From positions 105,772,001-105,836,000 of the forward strand of contig OX597820.1 in NCBI GenBank assembly GCA_951406725.2: 64,000 nucleotides of DNA, given 5' to 3'. This DNA comes from Octopus vulgaris (taxonomy: Eukaryota). Position 1 is the stretch's first letter. Every line of letters starts with the position of its first letter. The position numbers and the translations under genes are program-made. Below, piece after piece: positions 27,301 through 42,400 of this stretch. The notes under the pieces were generated by a model. It was not told where the DNA came from, ran no database searches, and saw nothing but the letters and a program-made list of their open reading frames with translations.

Positions 27301-30300
27301 TGTGCCATTAGCCTGCTATTTTGTTGTGGTGTTACAGGCAATAGGCATGATAAAAAATCTTACTAACGAGTTGTAGTACACCTGAGCACTGTATGCAATA
27401 AGGTCATTATTATTATATTATATTGGGACCTAATTTACTGAATCTTTACTCTCTGTTAATTAACCCTGTTACAGACTAATTGATAATTTGGTCGCAAATA
27501 GTACACAACAAGCAGGGCAACATTTTGGTAATTTTTACTGTAGTTCAATGTAAATCATTCTTCTATTGGCTTATTATTGGATATTGATATTTTGAAGCGT
27601 TACTAGGGAGCCCAACTGCGTGCATTCCTGTAGATTTCTTGTAATCTGCATGTCATTATGATATTTATTTAGAAGGATATATTTATAGATTTAAGTGATG
27701 GAAAGCAACATGATGGTGTTCAGTGGTTCGTGTCATTCTGTTAACAAAAGGCAACTTTCAAGCTCATTCTATGCTTTTTCCATGCTTCAGACAGTCAGTT
27801 GAAACTGAAATGTGGAACCAGACTTCAAGTTGGATCATAATTTTGTGCTTAACATGGTATTGTATTATGAAATACAATTGCTGAGCAAATTATCATATTT
27901 TGATTCTTTTCATACAGAGTAAGACAAATAAAAAAAATTTTTTTAAACCTCCCACATTTTAGAGGTTGAAAAACGTTTCAACAGCAAATACTTGATGCAC
28001 ATTAGTCCAAACTGTGATGGTAAAAGAAAAAAGATAAAGAAAATGGTTAAACATTACCTACATGAAGATCCTGTTATCACTTGCTCAACTTCACCAGCAT
28101 CAGGCCAATGGCTGTCTAAAATATGGGATGTTTTTCTGCCACATTCTATTTAAATAAATGACTTGTTTGCCCACAACAGAATTGAGATCCTAAAACCAAG
28201 GTGCCACATAAAAAGTATCAGTGTGGGTGCTGGTGCCATGTAAAAAGCACCCAGTGTACTCTGTAGAGTGATTGGTGTTAGGACGGGCATCCAGTCACAG
28301 AAACCAAATCAAAATAGACTATGGAGCCTGGTGCAGCCCCTGGCCTTGCCAGTTCCTGTCAAGTTTCCAATCCATGCCAATATGGAAAAGAGATGTTAAA
28401 TGTTGATGATGATGATGAAAGATACCATGTTTCTCACAAATTTTCTGAAAATAATTTGCCCATGCCACAAATTTTTTTTTTAATTATTCACTTCTGAAAG
28501 GGTTAAGGTGGGTGGTTTACTCCTCCCACATAAAATGTGTTCATTTTTTTTTTTTTTTGGAATTACCAAAAAAAAAAAAGCAACAATTTTTACACTGCTT
28601 GTTTCAAGTCTGGTCTTGGTTGCACAAATCTAGGTTCTATATCTGACTTCTGATTTTATTATTGTTGGATTTGTTTTAACATTTCTCATATTTATATTTA
28701 CAGATTGCAAACAATGAGAGAAAGCTGAAATATTACATGGAGAAATGTGACATTCTTACAAAAGAGAAAATGTTGATTAAAAATGAGGTTAAAAATCTAT
28801 TTTACCCCACTTTACTTTCCACAAAGTATGTAATGAACAAAAACAAAGGATAAAGGAAAAAAAAAACAATGATTTCTGTTGTTGTTGATGTTTATCCCCA
28901 GATTGGCCCTGATCCAGGGGGTGTATGATCAAAAATGTTCCAGCCCTGACCAATCCATCATTTTTGCTGGTGCTGTACATCTGTAAACTCACTATCCAAA
29001 GTATCCCCCTTTTAAGATTATAGGGTGTGTGTAATTTGAAGATTTTACTGCTATTTCTAGTTGACTGCTTAACCCTTTGAAGATAATACTTTTGATCTGA
29101 TCTTCTACACTGAAGAAGACAGAACCAGTTTTTAAGAAATACAAAGAATAAGGATTTTATTATCGAAAATTCTGTAGAGAAATCTAAATTTCAACAAACA
29201 AAGTAAAGTACACTTAAAGATTTGGTTTTCTAGTGTGAAAAATGGTAGGTTCATACATCAACTTGATTGTCCTCTAAGGGTTAAGTAAAAAAAATATGTT
29301 TTTATAGACTTCTATGTTTTCATCTTACAAGAAGAAATAAATGAAAATGAATAATTTTTATAGCATTTGAACTCAGAACGTGAAAACAGACAAAATATCA
29401 CTAAGCATTTTGCTTGGCAAGCTAACGATTCTGCCAGCTCGCTGCCTTAACAGCAACAATAATAATGGTTTTGATATTTTGGCACAAGACTAGTAATTTT
29501 GAATAAGAAGAGTAACCCTACTGCTTGATTGGTATTTATTTTATTGTCTGAAAGAATTGAAAACAAAGTTGACCCTGGCAGGAATTGAACTCTGAACATA
29601 AAAGAGTTGGAAGAAATACCACACAACATTTTCTACAGTGCTCTAATGATTCTGCTAGCTTGCAATTATAGTAATGATAATTTCTGAATTTAGGCACAAA
29701 GCCAGCAAATTTGAGGGAGGGGTTAGTCAATTAAATCAACCCTAGTACTTGACTGGTACTTTATTTTAGTGCTCTCCTCCCCAACCTCCAAAAGGATGAA
29801 AGACAAAATTGACCACTACAGAATTTGAACTTTGGATGTAAAGAACCAGAACAAATACTGCAAAGTATTTTGTCTGATGCTTTAACAATTTAACCAATTC
29901 ACTACCCATACAACAACAATTTAACATGACTCATATTTTTCTGACTTATCTGCAAGTTTATTATTCTGCTGCCACCCTTCCTGGTACTGATACTTGTCAC
30001 GTTTTCCCTGAGCCATTCCTATTTCTTCCACTAACCCCTCACCCCATACTGATATTCACCATTCACTACACCACTACCTTTGTTCATCATCTATATACAC
30101 CTCTACTCTTACCTTTAACCATGTTATTCTCCACTCGCACTCTTCTGTCAGTATTCTCTCATTTCTTGTATGTTGTGAGTACACTCTGGTACCCCATCAC
30201 CACCATCTTTGTCTTCCTTTTAGTTACTGCTTATATACTGCTGGGTTGCCATGTATCTCCTCTTTAGCAAGACCCTTGTACCTGACCCTCTATCATACTT

Positions 30301-33300
30301 TATCCTCTCACCACCTTGCACATAGTCACCCCGCTCTCTACTACAGCACCACTCAGTTAAGCTGGGGCTTAACCTTTGTCTTGCAAATTATTTGGTGTAA
30401 AAAGTACCCAGTATATTCTATGGTGTTGTTGGCATTAGGAAGGACATCCAGCCATAGAAACCATGCCAAAACAGACATCTGCACGCAACAGTCCTCTGGC
30501 TCATTGGCTCTTATCAAACTGTCCAGTCAATGCCAGCATGAAAACAGAAATTAAATGATGATGTTAATGATGATGATTACTCCATGATCATGTAAAATTA
30601 TTGTCATTATTTTTTCCTTATATTGCAAATGTTTGTATATTTGTATGGTGTAATAATGAATCCTATAACCCTTTAAATGATAGGACTACCAATTGAACAC
30701 CTTGTCTTCAAGCAATATATGTCTTGCACATTCATCTTTTTTGGCACAATTCATTCCTATACACAGAAAAAGCTGAATTTAACACTTACATACATAACAA
30801 ATCTATTGTTAGTGACACTGCACTGCACTTTTCACAACATTGGCCTATATTACTGTGTAGTGGTCATTGAATGGTAATTCGTAACTTGCACCTAGACTGC
30901 TGACTTTTTAGTTGTTTTGCCCAACATCTTGTATTGTTGTTTAATTCCAGATCAGTCCAGATTTAGCAAGCATATTTATTGTTAAAGGTATTCCACTATT
31001 ACCATCCACTCAAATTTTCAAGAAATAGTACATCTAGGACTAGGTTGTGATTTGAGGGAGATCTGGCTACCATTTCGAGGTTGAGTGGCTGAGGTATGGT
31101 AGCCAAATCAGTAGAGACATTATTTAATGCCACCTTCACTTCTGAAGACAGTAGATTGTGAATTGAGGGAGATTTGGCTACCATTTCTATAATTATTCAT
31201 AAGATATATTTTGAATTTGTATATAGTAGAAATAAACAGAAGTTAATTTCACTGCAGCTGTGAAACAGTTTCCTCGGCATGGTCTCTTTCCTTCAGAGAC
31301 CATATTTTTAGCTTTTGTCTTTTACATAGCTTTGAACTCCTAATAAATTTCAAAAGTGACATAACATATTACCAATACATATTTTAATGAACTCTGGAGG
31401 AAAAGATAAGATAGGTATCAGCCCTGGTAAAATTTGAACTCACAATGTAAAAGAAAGTAGCTCTTTCTATCCTGTAGGAATTGTTTTTTTTTTCTCATTA
31501 AATAGTAAAACAATGTTTTCTGAGTAATAGTTGTTATTAGGTGCCAACTTGGCACAGTTGTCAGTGTCAGGATGCTTTTGTGGTGCTAGTTCCAGCTCTC
31601 TCTCTACTTTGAGTTAAAATCCTGCCAAACCCAGTTTTGTTTGTTTTTTATTCTTACAGTGTTGATAAATAAAATACTAGTCCAAGGTAAAGGATTGGTG
31701 AAACTGTTACTGGATGAGACTTATGTTCTCTGTTCAGATCTTAGGTACCAATAGTCAGGGTAAGTCACCTGACCATGAGTGCAGCATGCCCAACTTACAG
31801 TAGGCCTACATCCAGCATAGATAAGCTGTCAGTGATTTTCTGGGGCTTCATCCACTTGTGGATCAATAATGGAGATTTGATATTTAGTGCAGAGACAAGA
31901 GTTTCAAAATTGATACTAGTAGTTAGTAAATTTTAAGCTGAAGGTTCTATGGATCCAGTCTTGCCTAAAACAGTGTAGTTATAAATCTGAGAAGGAAAAA
32001 AGTTCTATTTGAATAATATTATAACACAGAATGTTATAATATTGGTTTCAAATTTTTCGCTTAAGGCCAGCAATTTCAGGGGAGGGGTTAAGTCAATTAC
32101 ATTGACCCCAGTGCTCAATTGGTACTTATTTTATTGACTCCAAAAGGATGAAAGACAAAATTGAGCTTGGTGGAATTTGAAGTCAAAATGTTGCTTAGCA
32201 TGGTAACAATTCTGTCGGCTCACTGCCTTTACAGTGTGTTATAATATCAACAACTGTGCTTAAAACTTCTTTCAAAATTTGACTAGGCCACTTATGTCCC
32301 TCACTGAAACTAGTTTTGTATTCTTATTCTATGAACCTGTTAAAAATGAAATATTACATTATTAACTATAGAGAACCAACTTTTAGTCAACTACTTTTTT
32401 ATACAACAGTTTATTTTTATGAAACATAAGTGGCCTGATAAACTCCTAAAAGAAAGAAGACATTCTTATTAGTTCTCATACAATTAAAATTATCTGATGT
32501 AATTATTATGCTGACTGGAGTTGAACTAATCTCTTGTACAGCTTATTGCAACTGAACCTTTGTCATCTCAAAAATATATCTTTCACATATCTTCCTCATT
32601 CCGTCTGTCCACTGTCAGTTCATATCCTTTTTTTCTGAAGCTCTTCTATTAGACTCAAGTCTGGACTGGATTTAGAAACTGTTCCCTCAGGTTTAATTCC
32701 GTTTTCTTTTAGTACTTTGTTTTTGTTATCAGTTAAGGTCATGTTCAACAACCGTCTTTGCCTTGAGGCTTTTAAACATGAAAGAAAATATTATTAAACT
32801 CAACCATATAGCTACTATGATTTTTATTATGAATTAATATCAACACACTTTGCCTTTTTTATCCATTTTTAGCTGGATCTTGCTCAACAAAATCTGAAGA
32901 GGGCCTCTGAATTCATCTCCAACTTGTCTGTTCCCCAGAAAAAGGTATTTACATTTTATCTTTTTATCCTTTTATTTTACTTAACTATAAGGTTGTGAAA
33001 CAAGCTTCTTAAACTCCACAACCATATCAGCTACGCTTGTTTCCATATTGTTGAAGCTATTCGAAGGAAATAATATTCTTGTTGATTTTGTTGGCTTTAG
33101 GATTCTTTAGCAAGTTTACACTAGAATAATATTTCTCCATCTCCATGATGTGCCTATCTAAGACCAAATGCTAGTTAATTTGTCAGTGCGCCTGCTGCTT
33201 ACAGCTGTAAGTTGTGCTTGCTTATGGTAGAAAAACTTGGAATTGCATGTCTTGTGACTGGACATAATCAGTGACTTTGATCACCAGATTGACCTCCAAG

Positions 33301-35631
33301 TGTGCCTTATAAAGTGCAATTTGCAAAATGGAAATACTAAAAAAGAAAGTAATAGAATTAAAATGTAGTCACATTTTCCCCCTTCCCCCATCTGAAGTCT
33401 AAATTCTACATAATTTTACTAATACAAACGTTGATCGATTTCTCTAGTTACACTTTACATTGTATAGAAGTAGGGAAAAAGAGAGAGAGAGAGTTAAAAT
33501 AAGAGGTGAGGTGCAGATGAAGATCATATAACTTTCTAAAAAATACACATTTTTAATTGAAATTTTAGTGATCGGTTTTCTTTGGAGTAGATTGTGGTTA
33601 TGTTTTATAAAATTGAGAAAAATAATGACATGTTTATTGCAATTTTTATAAATAAAGAATTTGTTATATTTTTAATTTCATTTTAAGGTAATAAATATTT
33701 TTTCTTTTGAAAATTAGTATTCATTTCATTACTTTGTATAAACACCAAGAAATTTGATAAAAATTAATTTATAATTAAGTATGCCATTTAAAAAAAATAT
33801 TACTCCATAGTGGTAAAAGCATACTTTTAATGTTACCCATCATATGACAAATAACACTCTAGTTATCCATATTAATTACCATATGTATTTGTCCATTTAT
33901 ATTTTGTAGACATCCGAAGCAGAAAAACACATGAAACGTCTTGAGAGGATTTCTGCATTAACACCGAACACCACGAGTACGTATCTATATTTAGTATTAC
34001 TTATCAGAAAGCATGAATACTTGGATTATTTATTTTTGTTATAATTGTTGGGTTTTTCACTCTTTTAATTCTTTTCTTTTCTCCATCATTTATTTCTGGA
34101 TATGTATATATGATCATGGACCCACCTTGCTCAAACAGTTAAGCAGTCTGCATTGTAATCATGAGATTCTGAATGTAATCCTTTTGTGTATTCTGGTTCA
34201 ACCCAAGCCTTGTGAGTGAAACTGGGCAGACAGAAACTGTGGAAGCCCATTGAATGGATTGTATATGTAATTCAAAGGCCCAACCTATGTCATGCTGATT
34301 CTGCCTGGGAATTACACTAACCCTTTAGTTGTCATGTTTTTTTTTAAATACTTTACCTTTGTTTCAATTACTTTTGAAAATAATGAAATATTTACTAAAA
34401 TAACTTATCATTATTAGGCTGGTCTTTGGAACATAGAACAAAATTTTGGTGAAAGGTTTTAATTTAGATCACATTAACTTTTTCTTGCCATATTTCAAAC
34501 AAAATACCATGCTTTTATTTAAATTAAATCATGTTGGGACACTGTCTTGAGGAATTTTTAGTTGAATGAATCAACCCCAGTACTTATTTTTTAAAGGCTA
34601 ATGCTTATTCTATCAGTCTGTTTTGCTGAACTGCTAAGTTACAGTGATGTAAACATACCAACACCAGTTGTCATGCAGTAATGGGAGACAAACACACACA
34701 CACACATGAATGGGTTTCTTTCAGTTTCTGTCTACCAAATCCACTCACAAAGCTTTGTTGACTCGAGACTATAGTAGAAAACACTTGTGCAAGGTACCAA
34801 GCTGTGGGATTGAACCCAGAACCATGTGGTAGAGAAGCAATCTTCTTACTACACAGCCATGCCTGTACCTACATTAAAAAAGAAAAAAAATGCCACAATT
34901 GGAATTTACAGACTTATCTGTTTGAAAGCTTAACTGATACTCTAGAATATACTTATCCAAGATGGATTTGTTAATGATGAGGGTGGACAAGATTATCAGG
35001 GTGACAGAACATAGAACAGAATTATTTTTTTCTCTAAAGTTCAATACCTCATTGTTCAAGGTTCTAATCTTGGTAGGACTGACATTACCTTTAAGTCCCC
35101 TGTGACAAATCAACTCAATAAAAACCAGTCAAATACTGGAGTCAGTTCAATAAAACACACCCATTTCTTGCCAGAAATATCACCCATCTCAAAACTTATG
35201 AAATGTTGGTAAGTTCTGATAATGTAGGGAAATAGATGGTGAACTCTGTAGTCTTGGTATTGGTGATAGATACTCAGTCAGCCAAGTCTATGACCTACAT
35301 TTTGATTCTTATATTACATTCACTTAAAATAAGGGATGAAAACCACAAACCTTATTCACACCCCAGTCAATATCATCGAGAAAATGGTATGAAATTGTCT
35401 CTATTTGTAATGCAAATGCATCATCATCATCATTTTAACATCCACTATTCCATGTTCACGTGGATGAAACAATTTGTTGAGGTGGATTTTTTGCTGCTGG
35501 GTACCCTTCCTGTCACCAACACTCACTTGTTACCAAGTAAGGTAATGTTTCCTCATGACCAGACATGTTTTCATGGAAGATTGGAAACTAAGGACACTCC
35601 TTGTAACACATACACACACATCTACACCCAT

Positions 35632-35663
<32 letters not shown>

Positions 35664-38600
35664 TAAGTTTCCACAAAGTTTTCATCCATCAATTTAACTC
35701 ACAAGACATTGGTCAGCTTGGTGCTATAAAAGAAGATATTTGCACAATGGCATTGAACCTGGAACCATGTGATTGCAAAGCAGGTGTCTTAACCATGTAA
35801 CCATACCTGTGCCTATATCTTGTACACACAGCCATACTTGTATCTATCTGTGTGTGTGTGTGCATGTGTGCGTGCATTACTATCTCCTTATCTTAACATC
35901 ATGTGATAGTTATCACACAAATTCATATTGGGAAAATAAATATTCCTTTATTTTCTTGCTGAACAAGGCTGTATTAAAAAACAAAATTGGTACTTAATTA
36001 TAACAAACTAAATCTTGTTTCCTCTTTATTGCAGATGACAATGATGATACTATGTCTGATATATCTAACTGGAAATGTCCGTCTTGTACTTTGGAAAACA
36101 AACCTTGGGCCTACAATTGTGCTATTTGTAAAGGCCGTAAACCTGGTTAGTATCAGAAATATCTAAATTGCATTTTTTTTTTTAATTAGAATTTCATTTT
36201 TGTTGGTATATATATTTTAAATAATAATGAAAAATGGCTGTGAACTAGGAGTAGTTGTTTTTATATATAGTATTGATACCATCATCATCATCATTGTTTA
36301 GCATCCACTTTTTCCATGCTTGTATGACTCAGATGGAATTTTATGACTAGGTATCATTCCTGTCACCAACTTTCACCTATTTCCAAGCAAAGTAATATTT
36401 TCCCGTGGCCAGACATGTTTTTTACGGAAGACTGGAAACGAACAATCTCTCTTGTATGATGATGGTGCTAATGTCATGACAAGGGTACACAGAAACACAT
36501 GCATATATTTTTATACATACATATACGCAGGAGTGGCTTGTGTGGTAAGTAGCTTGCTAACCAACCACATGGTTCCGGGTTCAGTCCCACTGCGTGGCAT
36601 CTTGGGCAAGTGTCTTCTGCTATAGCCCCGGGCTGACCAATGCCTTGTGAGTGGATTTCGTAGACGGAAACTGAAAGAAGCCTGTCGTATATATATATTT
36701 ATATATATGTGTGTGTGTGTTTGTGTGTCTGTGTTTGTCTCCCTAGCATTGCTTGACAACCGATGCTGGTGTGTTTACGTCCCCGTCACTTAGCGGTTCA
36801 GCAAAAGAGACCGATAGAATAAGTACTGGGCTTACAAAGAATAAGTCCCGGGGTCGATTTGCTCGACTAAAGGCGGTGCTCCAGCATGGCCGCAGTCAAA
36901 TGACTGAAACAAGTAAAAGAGTAAAAGAGTATACATATACCCACACATGTACACGATGGACTCTCTTGTCAAAGATGACATATGAGTGTTCAGCTATTGC
37001 CAAACAATCTGCACAAATGATTTGTTTATAGTGATCAAATGTTTCTGCTGCACATTAGCTCACTCTCTCTATCAAATCAATGTTGCCTGAACAGGTGCAC
37101 CATGTACCAAGCGTAAGGTGTCAGTGATTGCAGAGCAACGGGAGATGGAGTGTTTTGCTCAAGAACACAATGCACCACCTGGTCTCGGAAATTGAAAATT
37201 GAAACCACAATTTCACGATCTTGGCCATGCACCCTCACACATGCATAAGCCTACATTGTTAATATGCAAACATAGCAAATTTAACTATTTTTTCATTGAT
37301 TGGAAAAAGTGATGAATAGCCTTCATCAATTTTTGACCCTTCATCAGAGATATCTACATCAATTTGACCAGTCCTTGAGAAACAATTAGGGAATCTGTTT
37401 ATATACACAACAAATCCAGTAGCTTCAGAGAACTGGATCAACTAATTTGCATGCCAAAAGTATAAAACAATTTTTTTTTAATATTAGTGACCTGTTAATA
37501 AGATCTGAGTCTAAACAGTATCAATGTTGTCATGTGTACGTACATAAATCAATACATATGCATACATAATTTTTGTATGTATGTGTGCATGTGTGTGTGA
37601 AAGAGAGAGTGAGTGAGTGAACATATGTGTTATTGTGTATGTGTAAGTGACACCTCTCTCATTCTCATACACACACATTCATACATCTTTCACCTTCTCC
37701 TCTCTTTCACTTTAAAACAAAAGTAAATAAATAAAAAAAATTTACAGAAATTAACAAACAAAACCAACTGATCCGGCTGACAGTTCTGAGAGTCGAAGCG
37801 AAAGATTGCCCCAAAGGAATAATTACAAAATGTTTTTGGAGTGCATTCAATGTATCTCAGCTCCAAAGATTTGGCTGCTATTTCTAGCACACCCTGCTAC
37901 CATGTAACTGCTATTTGCGATAAAGGACCTGAAATACCTGCTATGTGGTAGCAGGGTGTGTAAGAAATAGCCAAATCTTTTCTTTTCTGAGGAAAGGAGC
38001 CGTTTACATATAATTTTGATGTCACATTCGTTGAAAGCATGCGAAATAACTTAGAAAAGAAAAAAAAATCCATGAAACAAAACTCCATTACTGGGAAATT
38101 CAGACTTTCCAGGTGACCCAACAGGTCACAGGTAGTCAAGTATGCTCATAAAATGGAAGTTCGTTGTTTTATGTTGCCCACTAATAACACTAAATTAAAT
38201 TGGTAATAATCAAGGTTTTGTATGTTTTCAACTAATCTAACCTCTGACATGCTTACTATGGACTCCTTTTCAGATGACAAGTTTGGGATGGGATAATAAA
38301 TTACCTTTACAATCTCATGTACAGAAGTGTGGAAGTTATAAAAATAATTTAGGGACACCCTGTATAATATATCTTACATATAATAAAACACAATGTGTCT
38401 TGTCAGTCATACTGATTAAAGGAGTCTAAAACATTAAACAGGTTATCAATAAATTTATGTTTTCATACTATAAGTTATTTTAAATACCCTTATTAATACT
38501 GGTATAGTAATTAAGTTTTTTGTTTTATACATTTCAGATTCTCTCCAGTTTCCATCAAATGTAAGTAAGCAAAAACATTACTAATTGTCTTCTTTATACC

Positions 38601-38878
38601 TGTATATTTCTTGTTAGAATACCCCTATTCTGTTGACTGCAGTACATTTAAAACTGAACCACAGTCCTGACTTTCAGTTATTCTTTTATTTTTTTACTTG
38701 TTTCGGTCAGTCACTTGACTGAGGCCATGCTGGGGCACTACCTTGCAGAGTTTAGTCAAATAAATCCATGTCAGTACTTATTTTTAAAAACTGTTATTTA
38801 TTTTATATATATATATATCAGTGGCGACTGTATATATATATATATATGTATGTATGTATATATATATATATATGTATG

Positions 38879-38915
<37 letters not shown>

Positions 38916-39458
38916 CCAAATTCGATGACTGGCACCTGTGCCAGTAGAGCGCTAACAGCTCCATCTGAGCGGGATCACTGCCAGAGCAGCTGTCTGGCTT
39001 CCATGCCGGTGGCATGTAAAAGGCACTATTTGAGTGTGATCGTTACCAGCGTCGCCTTACTGGCACTTGTGCCAGTGGCACGTGAACAGAATATGCAAGT
39101 GTGGTCGTTGCCAATACCGCCAGACTAGCCCTTGTGCCGGTGGCGCGTAAAAGCACCCACTACACTCTCGGAGTGGTTGGCATTAGGAAGGCCATCCAGC
39201 TGTAGAAACTCTGCCAGATTAGATTGGAGCCTGGCACAGCCATCTGGTTTGCCAGTCCTCAGTCAAATCATCCAACCCAGGCCAACATGGAAAGCGGACG
39301 TTAAATGATGATGATGACATATATGTAAATATATCAGTGGCGACTGTATATATATATATATATGTGTGTATATATGTATATATATGTGTATATATGTATA
39401 TATATGTGTATATATGTATATATATATGTGTATATATGTATATATATATGTGTATATG

Positions 39459-39489
<31 letters not shown>

Positions 39490-42400
39490 ATATACACACA
39501 ATAAATTCAGGGTGAATACTTGATAAATGTAAGCACCTGTATATGCCAGCTAGTAGCATAGGTGAGAGGATATATGTATCAAATGAAATAAAATGAAAAA
39601 CAGGACACAAAGAATGTTGCGGTACATGTTTCGAGCTTTATAAAACAACTTATTCTTACATCAATGTATAATCGACATAACAGATAGTTCAAAAGCCCTT
39701 TTCAGCTGCACGCAATTGCTACACCAAAGACTTGTATCACATTATGAAAGGTTTGAGAAAAAAACATTCGGTATTGTTTATAATGGTAGGTAAACCGAGT
39801 ATCACTAGGAAAGTATTTTTTTTGTAAATCTATATTGAGTGAGAAAACGGTATAGACGATTTGTTTTGGAGTCTAATAATACCATGTACACCTATGAAAA
39901 GGGCTTTTGAACTATCTGTTATGTCGATTATGCATTGATGTAAGAATAAGGTGTTCTATAATGCTCGAAACATATGTACCGCAACATTCTTTGTGTCCTG
40001 TTTTTCATTTATTTCATTTGATACATATATACACATCCATATATATATATATGCATATATATATATATGGATGTGTATATATATATGTATATATATGTGT
40101 ATATATAAATACAGTATACATTTAAACACATAAGAGATGACCATCATAGGACATCTATCACACTAGAAAGAGTAGCCAAAATCCAAACCACTATTAGGGA
40201 TAAATTTTGAAGGGAATGAAAAAATAAAAACATTTACCATCTATCTCCTGAACCACGGTTTCGAACTCTAAATTGACAAATAAAGTAATTTACTAGGCGA
40301 AGTTCTCATCAGCATGCTAGGCCACTGGTAGTAACAATTACTAACATTTTTTCCTACCTTGATTATTTTTTAATTATATATGTGTGTGTATGTACATATA
40401 TATGAGTGTGTGTGTGGTCACTTTAATTCATGATCTATTTCCAATTGGCTAATTCGTTTAAGCTCATCCGTTAGGCCTGTTTTAAAACAATATGGGGTCA
40501 GATTATTAGTTGAATAGATCATAATAGTTTATCTTAACTAAATAAATTGTTAAATAAAAGTCCATTCATTTATATGTTAAAACTTGGATAGGTATTTACA
40601 AAAAACAGAGAACTAAATCTTCGATCGTATTTATACCTAAGAAGTGATTTATACTCACATATAAAGTTACGCATTACGTAAACAGAAACAACTATATCTT
40701 CTATCTTATTTTACACTTTCGAATTGCATTGATACATACATACACAGCTATGCATACTTAAACGCAAAAGTATACGATGAACAACGCAAACTTACATCTG
40801 ATGGAATACATATAAATATAAATATACGTATGCATCCATTCGCGTATACACAAGCATACATACATAAATGTGGATGAGAAAACTGTCAATAAATATATAA
40901 ATACATATCCACATATACATATATATATATATATGCATATATATATATACACATATACATTCATGCATATATACATATTCCCTCTTACAATCTGCATAAG
41001 CAAACACATATACATACACAAACAAACATACATACATACACACTAATCCATACACGTAAATTCATGCATCTACATTTCTGCATCAATAAATATACAGCTG
41101 CCTACAAAATTAACCCTAATAAGTATGTCTACAATGAAACATTGATAGACAGATACAGAAAGCAAACATTAGTAGTTCCAATCAGATTAATACTAACGAA
41201 AGGAGTATATACATAGATGTAAATGCACACCAACATACCTATACCACTCCATATCCATATAAACAAATACAAGCATATAGGGAGTATATACTTATATACA
41301 CACACACATATACATATAACCCCACAAGCAATTATACATCATAGTTTAAAAATGAAAAAATATAATACCAACACCAGTAAAGGCCATACCACATGCAAAA
41401 ACATATGTGTCAATATCTACCCATATACGAGGGGCGTTCAATAAGTAATGCCCCTGACCCACTTCCCATAGCAGTAGAGCAACGAAACTTGGCACGGTTA
41501 TTAGTCTTTTTCTACACAGGAACCACCCAGAGTTACGCATTTCTCCCATCATTTGATGCAGCTCCGGAGACCGTTTTTGTAGAAGACCCCAGTTTGGTCC
41601 TCCAACCACGACATGACTTCAGAAATCAAGGCTGCATCATCTGGGAAACGTTTTCCTTTCAAAAACAACTTCATGGCTGGGAAGAGGTGAAAATCAGAGG
41701 GTGCAAGGTCAGGAGAGTAGGGGGATGGGGGAGGAGTTCATAGCCGCATGCCTGTGCTTTTGATCTGGCGACACGCGAGTTGTGGACCGGAGCGTTGTCC
41801 TGCAGGAGGAGGATGCCATTGCTGATCTTGCCCCACCTCTTGATTTTGATAGCTTCTCTTAATTTCCTCAAAAGTGAAGCATAATAGGCTCCTGCAATTG
41901 TGGTACCCTTTGCCAGGAAATCTGTCACCACTACTCCGTCCTCGTCCCAGAAGACTGTGAGCATAACCTTGCCAGCGGAGGGCTGCACCCTTGCCTTCTT
42001 TGGAGGGGGTGAGTCACGGTGCTTCCACTGCATTGACTGGGCTTTGGTCTCTGGATCATCATGATGGACCAAGGTTTCATCCTGTGTAATCAGTCTTTTG
42101 AAAAATTTTGACTCATCTTCTTGGCACATCTCCAAATTCACCCTCGAGCACTTGACGCGTTCTTGCTTCTGGAAAGGTGTGAGCAACCTGGGAATCCATC
42201 TGGCAGACACCTTTTGCATATGCAAATGGTCATGGATGATAGTTTTCACAGACCTGGTACTAATCTTGACCTCATGGGCTATTTGGCGAATAGTTATGCG
42301 TCGATCTTCCAAAATGGCAGCCTCAACTTGATGGATAGATGCCTCATCAGTGGCAGAAGGGGGGGGCGACCAGATCTGGGAGCTGTTTCCACAGAGTTCC

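Noticed and set aside
37300-37360. CTGATGA on the minus strand as a hammerhead core
   Set aside because: No stem II followed by GAAA and no stem I partner found
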